Shown piece after piece: positions 38,773 through 51,224 of a stretch of DNA of 64,000 nt. The translations under genes and the position numbers were made by a program. The DNA comes from Octopus vulgaris (Eukaryota): the NCBI GenBank assembly GCA_951406725.2, contig OX597819.1, forward strand, positions 125,054,001 to 125,118,000. Direction: 5' to 3'. Below the pieces are notes generated by a model that saw nothing but the letters and a program-made list of their open reading frames with translations, ran no database searches and had not been told where the DNA came from. The stretch's first letter is position 1, and every line of letters starts with the position of its first letter.

Positions 38773-39269
38773 AGATCCAGTAATGGTAACAAACACCTTA
38801 ATACTTTTATTCATGATTAGTTTAGAGAGGGATCTGACTTTTACCTAACATTACTATAGATAGTACTGTTTGTATCATTCATATGCTGTACCATTTTCCC
38901 TTTCTCCTTCTGTCTCAGTCTACTAGAATAGTTGTCTTTTTCTTCTCTTTTAGTGGCAGGTGTGAAGTAGTTTGTTTTGTTCAGTGTAATAATGTAGAAC
39001 ATAAAACTTTAAGTTCAGTTGAAGTTTAGCATTTTCTATTGTGTTTGTGAAAAGGAATTTTCTGATCCAATCACCAATATTAATCTTCAATTTAAAGCAC
39101 TGAATGAATGCTCAAATCTAATTATAGTTAAGTATTCTTATATCTTTCTATCATTTATAAATGAATTTAGTATCCTTGTATGTCATCAGAGACAGCAAAA
39201 TATTAGAGAATTTCAGTCAAAGCTAAGTTTTTTTAAAATTTTTGACATTATGTTTAAACCATAACTTAC

Positions 39270-39440
39270 ATAAAAAAATTAGTTGAAATCGAGGAGTGGA
39301 TAGTGATACCATCACCCAACGAGCTGGAGTAACATTTAAATTTTTATCAGCAGGTGAGTTAATGAGATACACATCAACACCGTTGGAAAAATGCAACAGA
39401 ATTGTAGAATAGGTTGATTTAAGCATTGACTTTGTGCTTT
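39270..39440 (-). pseudogene. Exon relic, AAA2 C-terminal part
   Basis: LKSTYSTILLHFSNGVDVYLINSPADKNLNVTPARWVMVSLS resembles LNSVLDDNKLLTLSNGERI..ASPATVSRCGMV; gtaagt donor at 39264-39269. Confidence 0.6.
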
Positions 39441-39493
39441 ACATTGAAGATTAATACAGGTAATGGGAAAGGAAAACTTTTCATAAATATAAT

Positions 39494-39897
39494 ACTCTTT
39501 TACTTGTTTCAGTCATTTGACTGTGGCCATGCTGGAGCACCGCCTTTTAGTCGAGCGAATCGACCCCAGGACTTATTCTTTGTAAGCCTAGTACTTATTC
39601 TATCGGTCTCTTTCACCGAACCGCTAAGTAATGGGGATGTAAACACACCAGCATCGGTTGTCAAGCGATGTTGAGGGACAAACACAGACACACAAACTTA
39701 TACACTCACATACATATATATATGTATATATACGACGGGCTTATTTCAGTGTCCGTCTACCAAATCCACTCACAAGGCTTTGGTTGGCCCGAAGCTATAG
39801 TAGAAGCCACTTGCTCAAGGTGCCATGCAGTTGGACTGAACCCGGAACCATGTGGTTGGTAAGCAAACTACTTACCACACAGCCACTCCTGTGCCTA
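39494..39897 (-). mobile_element. SINE family A
   Basis: Reverse complement of 904-1292. Confidence 0.9.
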
Positions 39898-40064
39898 TGT
39901 ATTTTAGTATAAAGTTTAGTATTACTAAATACTAAACTTTAACTTTTCATTGTTTTAGCATCTTTTCCATGCTTTCATGGGTTAGATACAATTCCTTGAG
40001 GCCGATTTACCATAGCCAGATGCTCTTCCTGTTGCCAAGCATGCCATACCCTTCCTAAATATAT

Positions 40065-40296
40065 ATTTCTTTACTACCCACAAGGGGCTAAACATAGAGG
40101 GGACAAACAAGGACAGACAAAGGGATTAAGTCGATTACATCGACCCCAGTGCGAAACTGGTACTTCATTTATCGACCCCGAAAGGATGAAAGGCAAAGTC
40201 GACCTCGGCGGAATTTGAACTCAGAATGTAATGGCAAACGAAATACTGCTAAGCATTTCGCCCGGCACGCTAACGTTTCTGCCAGCTCGCCGCCTT
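40065..40296 (-). mobile_element. SINE family B
   Basis: Reverse complement of 24044-24280. Confidence 0.9.
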
Positions 40297-40400
40297 TAAA
40301 ATAAATATATGTAAATAAAAATATATTTAAAATAAATATATGTACATTTAACCCTTCCTAAATATATGTACATGTGTGTGTATGGGTGTGTGTATGTATG

Positions 40401-40431
<31 letters not shown>

Positions 40432-40691
40432 GAAAGTGTGTGGCCTAGTGGTTAGGGTGTTGTATTCATGATCTAGTAATCTGGATTCAGTTCCTGGACC
40501 GAGTAGCACATTGTGTTCTTGAGCAAGACACTTCATTTCACATTACTCCAGTAACCTTGTGACAGAACAACCTTCTGGTCAGGGGGAATCAACTAAATCA
40601 ACTAAAGGGAGGTTTCTGATTTTTATCTTTGTCTACAGTACCAAATAAGTTATTAGTTTAGTGGTACCCAATTCAGTAAGTTAATCTTTAC

Positions 40692-40891
40692 CTTTCAGAT
40701 TCAGTAACGGCCTTGATTTCATCATGGAATTGCATAGATACAAAGTCAAATAGCTTTTCTTCTTTTCGTAGCCATACTTCTAAAGATCTTCTGTTGGATA
40801 TCTAAATCCATTAACCAAGACAGTAAATACTAATGTTGTTGCACGTTGACTGACATATGTGAACAAGTTGTTTTTGAATTCAGCATTTATT
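40692..40891 (-). pseudogene. Exon relic (200 bp)
   Basis: cttcctttttag acceptor, AG|gtaaag donor; two long frames joined by a frameshift. Confidence 0.5.
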
Positions 40892-41550
40892 CTAAAAAGG
40901 AAGAAAGAAGAAAGAAAAAGCCCCTCTTTTTTCATGAATTTATACGTTTAGTAAATTTGGTTATTTACAATTAAAGATTGAGATCAAAACAAGTTGTTTA
41001 TGGAGATTTGAAAATAAAAAGATGTGGAGATTGGAATTCTATTAATAGTATTTTGCTCGTAATTCCGTATTTTGCTGTTCATTCTACACAGTTTACCTAT
41101 AAATTCATCAAACATTTATCTATTCACCCTATAATAAAGCAGACATTCAATGTTTTTAATTCAGTTCATAGAATCTGCTTCAAATTCTAACAGCTAATTT
41201 GTGTTCATACATTATAAAGGTTTTCAATAATTACTTTTGAAGCTTTTAAAATAAGAACTAAAGAAAATTTTATATTTTATGAGAAAATAAAAAAAACAAG
41301 AATCTAAGTGTGTGAGAAGATGTTTTAATGAGAAAAAGGGACGTCCTTCACACCTCCCTCAAATTCTAATTCTCTCATAAATTGTGGTCCCATGGATAAG
41401 TAATTCCAAGGAAACAGAATTTGGAGAGAAATATAATTCTTCTTAAATTGTTTACTTATCTGGTTCTGGTGTTAGTGGAGAACCTGTTGCTACTTTTAAT
41501 AGTTTGGTATTTGAGATGTTAGTGTGCAATGTAGAATTTTTCTCCACAAT

Positions 41551-41945
41551 AGAGTGGCTGTGTGGTAAGTAGCTTGTTTACCAACCACATGGTTCCGGGT
41601 TCAGTCCCACTGCGTGGCACCTTGGGCAAGTGTCTTCTACTATAGCCTCGGGCCGACCAAAGCCTTGTGAGTGGATTTGGTAGACAGAAACTGAAAGAAG
41701 CCCGTCATATATATGTTATATATATATATGCGTGTGTGTGTTTGTGTGTCTGTGTTTGTCCCCCTAGCATTGCTTGACAACCAATGCTGCTGTGTTTATG
41801 TCCCCGTCACTTAGCGGTTCGGCAAAAGAGACTGATAGAATAAGTACTGGGCTTACAAAAGAATAAGTCCCGGGGTCGAGTTGCTCGACTAAAGGCGGTG
41901 CTCCAGCATGGCCGCAGTCAAATGACTGAAACAAGTAAAAGAGTA
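41551..41945 (+). mobile_element. SINE family A
   Basis: Near-identical to 904-1292. Confidence 0.9.
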
Positions 41946-42692
41946 ATAGTGGAGAAGTCACTTCATTTCTTCATGCCACAGAACACTGAAATGATACCGT
42001 TGTTGCCACAAGATTTCCAATATCAGCTGAAATGTAAAGGATTGGATCAGTTACCAGTGAAGGAGGGAGCTTGACCTACTTGGAAAGCAACCAAATTTCT
42101 TCAAATCAGGCTCTACCACCTTAAAAAAATAATTAAAAGGATATATTAGATAATGTAGTTCCTTGTATGGAAACCAAAAAGGCTACATGTCATGCCTGGA
42201 ATGGTTTTAATCAACAACTAGACAACCAACTATATTTAGTTTACTTTTTTACTAATGTGTGAATGTGTAAACACAGTCACATTAGAAAAAAAATTAAATT
42301 TCAATAATTAGGTACTATAAAGCCATATATGGAGTAGGGGAGAGAAACATACAGTTATCTATTCCTCCTGAAACCGTAACCAAATCTTGTGCCCCAGCAT
42401 GTCCATGGCCTTCGGGCTAAAGTATTTTTAAGGATTTAAGGATACATTATTGGTAAGGTAACAAAAATGCCAACAGAAATCTAATCCTTGCAGGGAGACA
42501 ATTGGCAGTTGAACATTTCTCTGTTGACTTAGTTCTTGCCTTACCACTATATATAGTCTTCTTAGAATTGCTGCATAGAAAAATCGTTATAAATATATAT
42601 AAATATATATAAATATATATAACCTCACATCGTTGCTCTCCTTCATTTTGTTTAGTTTCTCATTGGCAATTGTTTGTTGTTTATAATGTCTC

Positions 42693-43130
42693 TTTTGCTC
42701 TTTTACTTGTTTCAGTCATATGACTGTGGCCATACTGGAGCACCGCCTTTAGTCGAGCATATTGACCCCACGACTTATTCTTTGTAAGCCTAGTACTTAT
42801 TCTATTGGTCTCTTTTGCCGAGCCGCTAAGTTACGGAGACATAAACACACCAGCATCAGTTGTCAAGCGATGTTGGGGGGGACAAACACATACACACAAA
42901 CATATACACACACACATACATACATATATATATATATATACATATATATATACATATATATATACGACAGGCTTCTTTCAGTTTCTGTCTACCAAATCCA
43001 CTCACAAACTTTTGGTCGGCCTGAGGCTATAGTAGAAGACACTTGCCCAAGGTGCCACGCAATGGGACTGAACCCGGAACCATGTGGTTGGTAAGCAAGC
43101 TACTTACCACACAGCCACTCCTACGCCTAT
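42693..43130 (-). mobile_element. SINE family A
   Basis: Reverse complement of 904-1292. Confidence 0.9.
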
Positions 43131-43607
43131 AGGAGTGTCTGTTAATTTTTAACATCTCTTTGAAAGGCTTTCCTTATTCTACATTATTCAGCATTAGTAC
43201 TGTAAGAAATTGTTTCAGTTGTTGTTATTGTTATTGGTGGTTTCACTTTGCTGTTTCAATTAATTTAGTAGCAAATAATATTTCCATTGCCGGTAACATT
43301 CATTTTGTTGTCTGTTCTCTCAACCACATTTACTCATGGCACAATTGTGTCAAAGCTTATTTTGTTTATTGTGAATAGATGCTAATTATTTCTAGTAAAT
43401 CTATTTGGTGTTGTCTTTATAGCAGATAATGGACTTTTCTAAAATATATATTCCATTAAAGTAGTATTAGAACATTATTTGTCCCTAGAAGTATTTTTTT
43501 ATGAACACTACATCACAGGTAGCATTTGCCTGATTGCTGGCTGAATTAATTAAACTTCTTAGAAGTGAATGTGTCTGCAAACAACAACGAAGCACTTTTA
43601 GTGAGTA

Positions 43608-44000
43608 CTAGCAATATCGCCCGGCGTTGCTCGGGTTTGTAAGGGAAATAATTATATAAGCATTTTTAGAGATGTAAAGTATAATAGCCATCTCAATATG
43701 GCTAACCACAAAGGGGAGGGGTGTTACTGTAGCTTTTTACGTTCTGAGATTTAATAATAAATTTTAGAGAGTTACTTCCCTTATATATGTCAAAAATGGA
43801 TTAAAAATGGGAAAAATTGATGGTAAATTTTTTTTAAATCGTAGACTCATCGTAGACGCGCACTAATACCCAGAAGGGCTCGATATGAATCACGACTATA
43901 AGATACCCGGTTTTGGTTAAACTGCACCGCAAAATGTGGGAGTAGTTAGGAATCTAAATCGTAGGAGACAGACACACAACCTCACTTTTATATATAAAGA
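43608..44000 (-). mobile_element. Non-autonomous Helitron family 2
   Basis: A|TC start, cccgagcaacgccggg hairpin, CTAG|T end. Confidence 0.85.
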
Positions 44001-44100
44001 TTTCCTCTATTTACATAATATTGAGGTCTCTTTCTTTCTTTTGTTATCTTACTGTTTTTACCAATATACATATATATATATATATATAAATATATATATA

Positions 44101-44423
44101 GTTACAGAGATGTACTTGCATAGCAAGTGACTTGATCTGAGATCGTGTGCTGGAACGAAAACAGTTGCAGCGTTGAAGGTGTTTATAAGCCATTTAAGAA
44201 ACACACAAAAACCGTTACATTCACTTCAACATTTAAATTTAATTTGTCAAAATATTTTCGTCGCTTTGAGACCGCGACCTGTTAGCACGATATTTTTGTC
44301 AGTGAACAGGTCGTGGTCTCAAAGCGACGAAAATATTTTGGCAAATTAAATTTAAATGTTGAAGTGAATGTAACGGTTTTTGTGTGTTTCTTAAATGGCT
44401 TACAAACACCTTCCACGCTGCAA
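44101..44423. mobile_element. Hammerhead-bearing fold-back element (Penelope pLTR-like) in (TA)n
   Basis: Arms 44165-44283 and 44305-44423, 21-bp spacer; left arm has an extra tail to 44101; TA repeats on both sides. Confidence 0.85.
44295..44345 (+). ncRNA. Type I hammerhead ribozyme with G3-C8 core variant
   Basis: UUUGUCA-GUGAACA-G-GUCGU(GGUCUCAAA)GCGAC-GAAA-AUAU-UU-UGGCAAA: 7-bp stem I, 5-bp stem II, palindromic AAAAUAUUUU stem III. Confidence 0.72.
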
Positions 44424-44789
44424 TATATATATACACACATATATATATATGTATGTATGTATGTATGTGTGTATATGTGTATGCATGTATGTGTGTGTGT
44501 GCGTGTCTGTGCTTGTGATTGTCCTCCACCACTGCTTGACAACGAATGTTGGTTTGTTTACATCCCTGTCACCTAGTGGTTTGACAAAGGAAACAGATAG
44601 AATAAGTACAATGCTTACAAAAATAAAACTGGAGTTGATTCATTAAACTACAATTCTTCAAGGCATTGCCCCAGCATGGCCACAGACCAATGGCTGGAAA
44701 AAGCAGAAGAATAAAAGAATACATTCTCTGCTTTGGTCTTATGTTCAAGGCATGAGAAAGCTTGAGTTTACATGAGAAGGCCTAACAGA

Positions 44790-45050
44790 CCTGGTAGAAA
44801 CAGCAGCCAAATCTCCCTCAAATCACACCTTACTGTCTTATGTATGTATATATATATGAGCCAATGAGGGGGACCTCTACATGGTAGCTAGACCTGGTAG
44901 AAATAGCAGCCAAATTTCCCCAAAATCACACCTTACTGTCTTATCTATGTATATATGTATGTATGAGCCTATGAGGGAGACCCCTACATGGCAGCTAGAC
45001 ATGGTAGAAATAGCAGCCAAATCTCCCTCAAATCACACCTTACTGTCTTA
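44790..45050 (+). repeat. Tandem triplication (~105 bp) of an old dispersed repeat
   Basis: gacctggtagaaatagcagccaaatctccctcaaatcacaccttactgtctta three times; degraded copies near 23680, 29980, 35670, 54350 and 63900. Confidence 0.75.
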
Positions 45051-45289
45051 TCTTTCTGCTACTTGGATATAGGTCTTATATTCGTTGTAAAAAACTTTCC
45101 TGTCACACACTCACGCACACACACACACACACACACCCTCACACACACACACACACGCGCGCACACACACACACTCACACACACGCACGTTAGCTTACAA
45201 TTTTATTTATATATTTGCGTGTCTATGTGTGGAAAGAGGAAGTGGGAGGCAGAGTGAAAGAATCACTCACTACAGTAAGTGAATTACTT

Positions 45290-45810
45290 TCATTTTATTT
45301 GTTGCCCACTGTGTGTGTGCATTTGCATGTGGTGTAAACCAGACTAAGAAAAGCATTTGACACACACACCAGAATGTGAGTTTTCTGTAAATTTTGCTTA
45401 ATTGGAGTTTAAATTTTAAAAACTGGACCTGGCATGACGCGATGCATTGTACTCTTAAAAATGCTAGGTAAATTGTAATTGAAGAAATCCTATATTGTAG
45501 ATTTCTATAACTCCCAAAGGGAGGCAGATAAAATCTGCCTTTTATAATAAGAGATGAAATCAAAATTTAGGACATAGTCAAGCAATGACTATCCTTTTGG
45601 CCTGAAACATATATTCCAATAAATTATTATAAGCCAGGTCCCCGCCACACTCCTGATAAATCCTTGTTTGAGAAATAATCTTTCATAATCCTGATTGCAT
45701 AATCTCCTTTACCTTCGTTGTAGTAAGAATGTCTGTAAGTCAGCAACAGGAAGAAGGTTAAGTTAATATTTCTAAAACAAGATGGGAAATTTTTGACCAG
45801 ATACCAGTCT
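45290..45810 (-). pseudogene. Exon relic, AAA1 lid to start of AAA2
   Basis: DYAIRIMKDYF, LCPKF and FLKFKLQLSKI in the order expected for DYGMRAVKSVL, NLPKF and F..KVIQLYET. Confidence 0.55.
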
Positions 45811-46095
45811 CTCTCTTTTTCTCTTCCCCTATAATTACATACACACACACACACTAAAGCAGATAAAGACTTGTGTGTGTTACACTCACGGAGTGGTTGG
45901 CGTTAGGAAGGGCATCCAGCTGTAGAAACTCTGCCAGATCAGACTGGGCCTGATGCAGCCTTCTGGCTTCCCAGACCCCAGTTGAACCGTCCAACCCATG
46001 CCAGCATGGAAAGCGGACGCTAAATGATGATGATGATGTATGTATGTATTTATGTATGTATGTGTGTGTGTATATATATATATATACACACACAC

Positions 46096-46426
46096 ACAAA
46101 ATTTAGAGGATTGACCACTAAAAGTGGACATCCTGTATGCTAGATATAGACGTCAGAATTGACATTTTCCACGAAAAACGTGTTATCAAGAAAAAATTCA
46201 GCAAAAAATCAAAGCTTTGGTTTTTTGCTGAATTTTTTCTTGAGAACACATTCTTCATGGAAAATGGCAGTTCTGACGTCTATATCTAGCATACAGGATG
46301 TCCACTTTTAGTGGTCAATCCTCTAAATTTTGTATGTAAAAAAATTTTTAATCTTCGGATTTTTAAAATATACTAGCCCACTGGTTTTAATTAATTAATA
46401 TCAATTTCTACCCCTATTTAATTTTA
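46096..46426 (+). mobile_element. Fold-back element with 119-bp arms and no spacer, in microsatellite
   Basis: 46096-46214 is inverted to 46215-46333 (centre AAAG|CTTT); unique tail then (TA)n. Confidence 0.85.
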
Positions 46427-46460
46427 TATATATATATATATATATAAAGAGAGAGAGAGA

Positions 46461-46493
<33 letters not shown>

Positions 46494-46827
46494 TGTGTGT
46501 GAGAGAGAGAGAGAGAGAGCCCCCAAATTCATTCAGTTTAGACCGTAGTATTAACATCTGTCTTGTGTGTTATATTTCTGTTAGACATCTGCTCAGGAAT
46601 TGAGTCACAGTCACATAGCTAATTTGAAGAATGTTTCTTAGATGTTGAGTAATAGCTGAGTATAATATATATATATATATATAATTTAATGTATTTCTAG
46701 ACTTAACCTGTCCTCAGTCTAATCCCCAAATTCAGTCCTTGTTTGCCTTTTTGCAGGGTCCACTTTGTCACATGTACTCAGTTCAGGTGCTTCGTCTTCT
46801 TACTCCGAATCTTTCCATAGCAACACA

Positions 46828-46920
46828 TGAATCCTTGGCAAATCAAAATATATTTGACTTATACAAGGACTTCTTGATCAAGTTAGATCAGGGGTTCAGA
46901 ACAATAACCAGTCTGAGAGC
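46828..46920 (-). pseudogene. Exon relic, AAA1 C-terminal motif
   Basis: 31-codon gapless match to dynein consensus (R.V....P...LI......S..F..AKD) with two in-frame TGA. Confidence 0.65.
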
Positions 46921-47077
46921 CCATGTAAAGTTATGAGAGATTTATGAGTGTGTGTGTGTGTGAACAAGAGAACCTCTACTATGTGGATATCTGACTTGCT
47001 AGGAACAGCAGATAAATCGTTTTTATATCACACCTTGTGGTCCTAAAAAAATTAAAGGAACGATCATGTAAAAAATG

Positions 47078-47540
47078 ATCATCATCATCATCATCATCAT
47101 CATTGTTTAACATCCGTGTTCCATGATAGCATGGGTTGGACGGTTCGACCGGGGTCTGGGAAGCCAGGAGGCTGCACCAGGCTCCAGAGTCTGATCTGGC
47201 CATGTTTCTACAGCTGGATGCCCTTACTAACGCCAACCACTCTGTGAGTGTAGTGGGTGCTTTTTACGTGCCACTGGCACAGGTGCCAGGGTAGGCTGGC
47301 AACGGCCATGATCAGTTGGTGCTTTTTACGTGCCACCGGCACGGAAGCCAGTCAAGGCGGCGCTGGCATCAGCTACATATGGATGGTGCTTTTTAGGTAC
47401 CGCTGGCGCAGGTGCCAGGGTAGGCTGGCAATGGCCACAATCAGTTGGTGCTTTTTACGTGCCACCGGCACGGAAGCCAGTCAAGGCGGCGCTGGCATCG
47501 GCCATGTACGAATGGTGCTTTTTAGGTGCCACCAGCACGG
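47078..47540 (-). mobile_element. RTE 3'-end repeat
   Basis: Family sequence with a duplicated unit pair. Confidence 0.85.
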
Positions 47541-48499
47541 TATATGGACTAATGATAGGGGAAAAAAAAAAGCAGTTGGTTGCTGAAGGAACCAAGAACA
47601 AGGAAGCTGTGGAAGAGAGACTTGAAAAGGGGAGATAAAATTTGATCTTTGGATGCTGGACCCTTTGAAGAAAATGACTAGTGATTGTTGCAGCTGGTAG
47701 GAGAACTCTGCCCTGGACAAAACCTGTCCTACCCAGACAAACATGAAAAGAAAATGTAAAATTGATGCTGATGAGTTCTAGATATATTATACATGAATAA
47801 AAGGTATTTGGTCTTGGCTGCAATGCTTTTCATCATAGGTTTGCTCAATCAGGTCTGATTTAGGACAGAAAAATAACAAAGGCCTACATGCATTATAGAC
47901 ACAGGCATGGCTGCATGGTAAAAAGTTTATTTCACAACCACATGGTTCCAGGTTCAGTCCTACTGCATCACACCATGGGCAAGTGTCTTCTATTATATCC
48001 TCAAGCCTGTCAAAGCCTTGTAAGTGGATTTGGTAGATAGAAACTGAAAGAATCCCATCATATAGACGTGTGTGTGTGTGTGTCCCACCACCGGTTGACA
48101 ACCAATGTTGGTGTACATATTTGTAACTTAGCAGTTTGACAAAAGAAGCCAATAGAAAACTAGGCTTTAAAAAATAAGTACTAGTGTCGATTTGTTTGAC
48201 TAAAATTATTCAAGACGGTGCCCCAGCTGCAGTCTAATAACTGGAACAAGTAAAAGACAAAAGACTAAAAATACATTACTCGTTCGTTAGGTTTGAAAAT
48301 TACCTGAAATGGGTAGGACATTTGTTTCCAAAGTTCACCTTGATATATATAGATATCATGAGTAGGTACAATTTTGAACATTGTAGGTTACAAATTTACA
48401 ATTAGCATACAATTAACAAATGTTTCCATTACTCTACAGTGTTGAAATCATGTGCTACCATGGTCACTGAAATATGTTAACCAGTCCACTTATGCGTGC

Positions 48500-49023
48500 C
48501 TTTTCTTCACTGGACACTAAACTCTGCTTGTGAAGACCAGTTGAGTCAAGTGAAATCGAAGTCGAAATCAAACTTGGTGACTGGCATCCGTTGCTAGTGG
48601 AGCGCTAAGAGTACCATACGAGAGAGATCGTTGCCAGAGCAACAAGCTGGCCTTTGTGCCGATGGCACGTTTAAGCACACCATTCGAGTGTGATCATTAC
48701 CGGGTCGCCTTACTAGCACTTGTGCTGGTGGCACATGAAACATTCGAGCGAGGTCGTCACCAGTGCCGCTGGACTGGCTCCTGTGCAGGTGGCACATAAA
48801 AAGCACCATTTGGATGTGGTCGTTGCCAGTACCACCAAACTGGCCCTTGTGTTGGTGACACGTAAAAGCACCCACTATACTCTCGGAGTGGTTGGCGTTA
48901 GGAAGGGCATCCAGCTGTAGAAACTCTGCCAGATCAGACTGGAGTCTGATTCGTCAGACCTCAGTCAAATCGTCCAACCCATGCTAGCATGGAAAGCGGA
49001 CGTTAAACGATGATGATGATGAT
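48500..49023 (+). mobile_element. RTE 3'-end repeat
   Basis: Family sequence with GAT tail. Confidence 0.85.
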
Positions 49024-49647
49024 TTGTATTGCAGCTATATCTCAACTAATTTTACTCCCACTATATACACTCTGCCACTAGGAATGAATATTTAAACGAA
49101 GAAAACTAGCAATAATGAACAAGTCCCACATATAGAATGTCCAATAAAACCCATTTGTATCTCAATAAATAGAGAGAAGAGAGAGAGAGAGAGAAACATA
49201 GATATAGAAAATGAAATAGATTGATAGATAGATGTTAGCTTTATTTATCCAATTATTTAGTTAAGGTTGATAAATCCATTAATTTCCATACCTAATTTTC
49301 ACACGTTATCTACTTACCTATCTATAGATAGATATACTTAGATAGATAGACAGATAGAAAAAAAAAAAAGAGTTAAATTTGTAAGGAGATAAATTTAAAT
49401 ATGTTGGCTATATTTATCTGGTTATTTAGTTTAAGCTGATAAACTCATTAATTTTCATATGGAATATTCATACATAATTTCAACGGCTCTGTTTTTCAAC
49501 ACTTTATGTGAAAGAGCAATGACTGATAGCTCATTCCTGTTTTCCTGTGTAATGGAAACACTTTCTAATTAATTAGAATAATTTAAATTAGTCTGAAATT
49601 TTAAAATTAGAATTAATCTGATGAAGTTCTAAAATAAATACAATTAC

Positions 49648-49800
49648 TTTACATGGAGATGCACGATTGTCTTTGGAACAATTTCCCACGCATTACCGAT
49701 ATACCGATTCCATTCAACACTTTTAGTAAGTCTTCCATTATCACTTCGGCTACTTTTTCTGCTAATGATGATGTAATGAGTTAGTAATAAGATGTCCAGG
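49648..49800 (-). pseudogene. Exon relic (153 bp), AAA1 region
   Basis: tttttctcag acceptor, gtaatt donor; frame SLAEKVAEVIMEDLLKVLNGIGIS resembles D...MG.IF.GLAQS. Confidence 0.5.
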
Positions 49801-49921
49801 CTGAGAAAAATCAATATTAGTCAAAATTGGTTCCATTTGTTTCTGAAAGATATGGAAAAGAATCCTGGTTATGTTTTAGAATTGTTTTGACTCCATCAGC
49901 AAAATATAACCTTCATATACT

Positions 49922-50149
49922 TTAACCCTTTAGTGTTTAAACCGGCCTTATCAGGCCAAAATTGTCTTCCTGTTTTATTCTCAAACCAGCCAGCTCTGAC
50001 CTCTCACACCTACCCTACAAAGTCATTCTGAAAAGGAACAGGGACATCATCAAAATCTCAGAGTTACAAGATGCTGTACAATTAATTTAAAACAATGTGA
50101 TTAAACAGGCTTTACATTTGACAGAGTAATCTGAACGTTAAAAGGTTAA
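49922..50149. mobile_element. piggyBac-type MITE family 2
   Basis: TTAACCCTTTAG..AAGGTTAA. Confidence 0.8.
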
Positions 50150-50850
50150 TAGTTCTTTATTTTTTGAGCACATCTGAGATTGATGGGAGAAAGTCATTCT
50201 CAGATCAAAGACTTGGCCCGAATGCTTACAACAGAGAGAACCAAGGACTAGATCTTGTTGTTAAACTAATGATAGATTAAGTCTACCATTCAAGAATTCA
50301 GAATGTAAAGAGCTAGACTGAGATTCCCACAAGCATCTCATTCAATGCTCTAACAATTCGACCAATCCTCCGCCCTGGACTCGTATCATATTTTATTGGC
50401 CTTGAAATAACAAGAGGCAAAGCTGACTTCAATGGAGTGTTTGAGCTGTTCCTTTGGAGAGTTTGTCGAAGAATTTACCCTGTTGATTTGCTATGATGAA
50501 AGAATATTAAGAACTGTCGAACTAACCATAATTTTTTAGTTTTTATTCTTTCTTTGTTTAAGCATTATGTGTCTAAACTATTGTAATGTGTACTACTCTA
50601 TTTTATGATGATAAGATGTGACATGAGGAGTATTTGACTGCTATATCTAACAGGTCAAGCAACCATTTTTGGGCTTGCATGTTTGTTTGTATGTTATTGA
50701 AGGCTTCTGCAATATGACTGTGATGTTTGATTACAAAGATTATGTAATATGAAGACAAAGTGACAGGGTCAAAAAGCAGGTAGCATTATACTCGAGATGG
50801 CATTGTGCTTGAGTAAATATAGTATGTGTATATACTTGTATATGTGGGGA

Positions 50851-51224
50851 AATCGAAATCAAAATCGATCAAGAATCAATGGAAATTGTAGTTGTGATCC
50901 CTGTGCCGGTGGCACGTAAAAAGCACCATCCGAATGTGGCCGATGCCAGTGCCACCTCAACTGTTCTCCGTGCCGGTGGCATGTAAAAAGCACTAACTGA
51001 TCGTAGCTGTTGCCAGCCTTGCCTGGCACCTGTGCTGTTGGCACGTAAAAAGCACCCACTACACTCACGGAGTGGTTGGCATTGGGAAGAGTATCCAGCT
51101 GTAGAAACACTGCCAGATCAGACTGGAGCCTGGTGCAGCCTTCTGGCTTTCCAGACCTCGGTCAAACCGTCCAACCCATGCTAGCATGGAAAACGGACGT
51201 TAAACGATGATGATGATGATGATG
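50851..51224 (+). mobile_element. RTE 3'-end repeat
   Basis: Family sequence with GAT tail. Confidence 0.85.

Noticed and set aside
38773-38814. N-terminus of the 185-aa ORF as a gene start
   Set aside because: This is flanking DNA and MITE end read in frame with a 5'-truncated CR1.
40699-40805. Plus-strand terminal exon after ctttacctttcag
   Set aside because: No partner plus-strand exons were found; the minus-strand exon reading fits the collinear series better.
46097-46140. SECIS element (UGA..AAA..GA) in the fold-back arm
   Set aside because: The upper stem is only 4-5 bp, far shorter than a eukaryotic SECIS helix II.
46828-46920. Rescue of the dynein-like gene by A-to-I editing or selenocysteine at in-frame stops
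   Set aside because: Frameshifts and exonic TE insertions cannot be repaired this way, and the stops fall at positions that are not Trp or Cys in the consensus.
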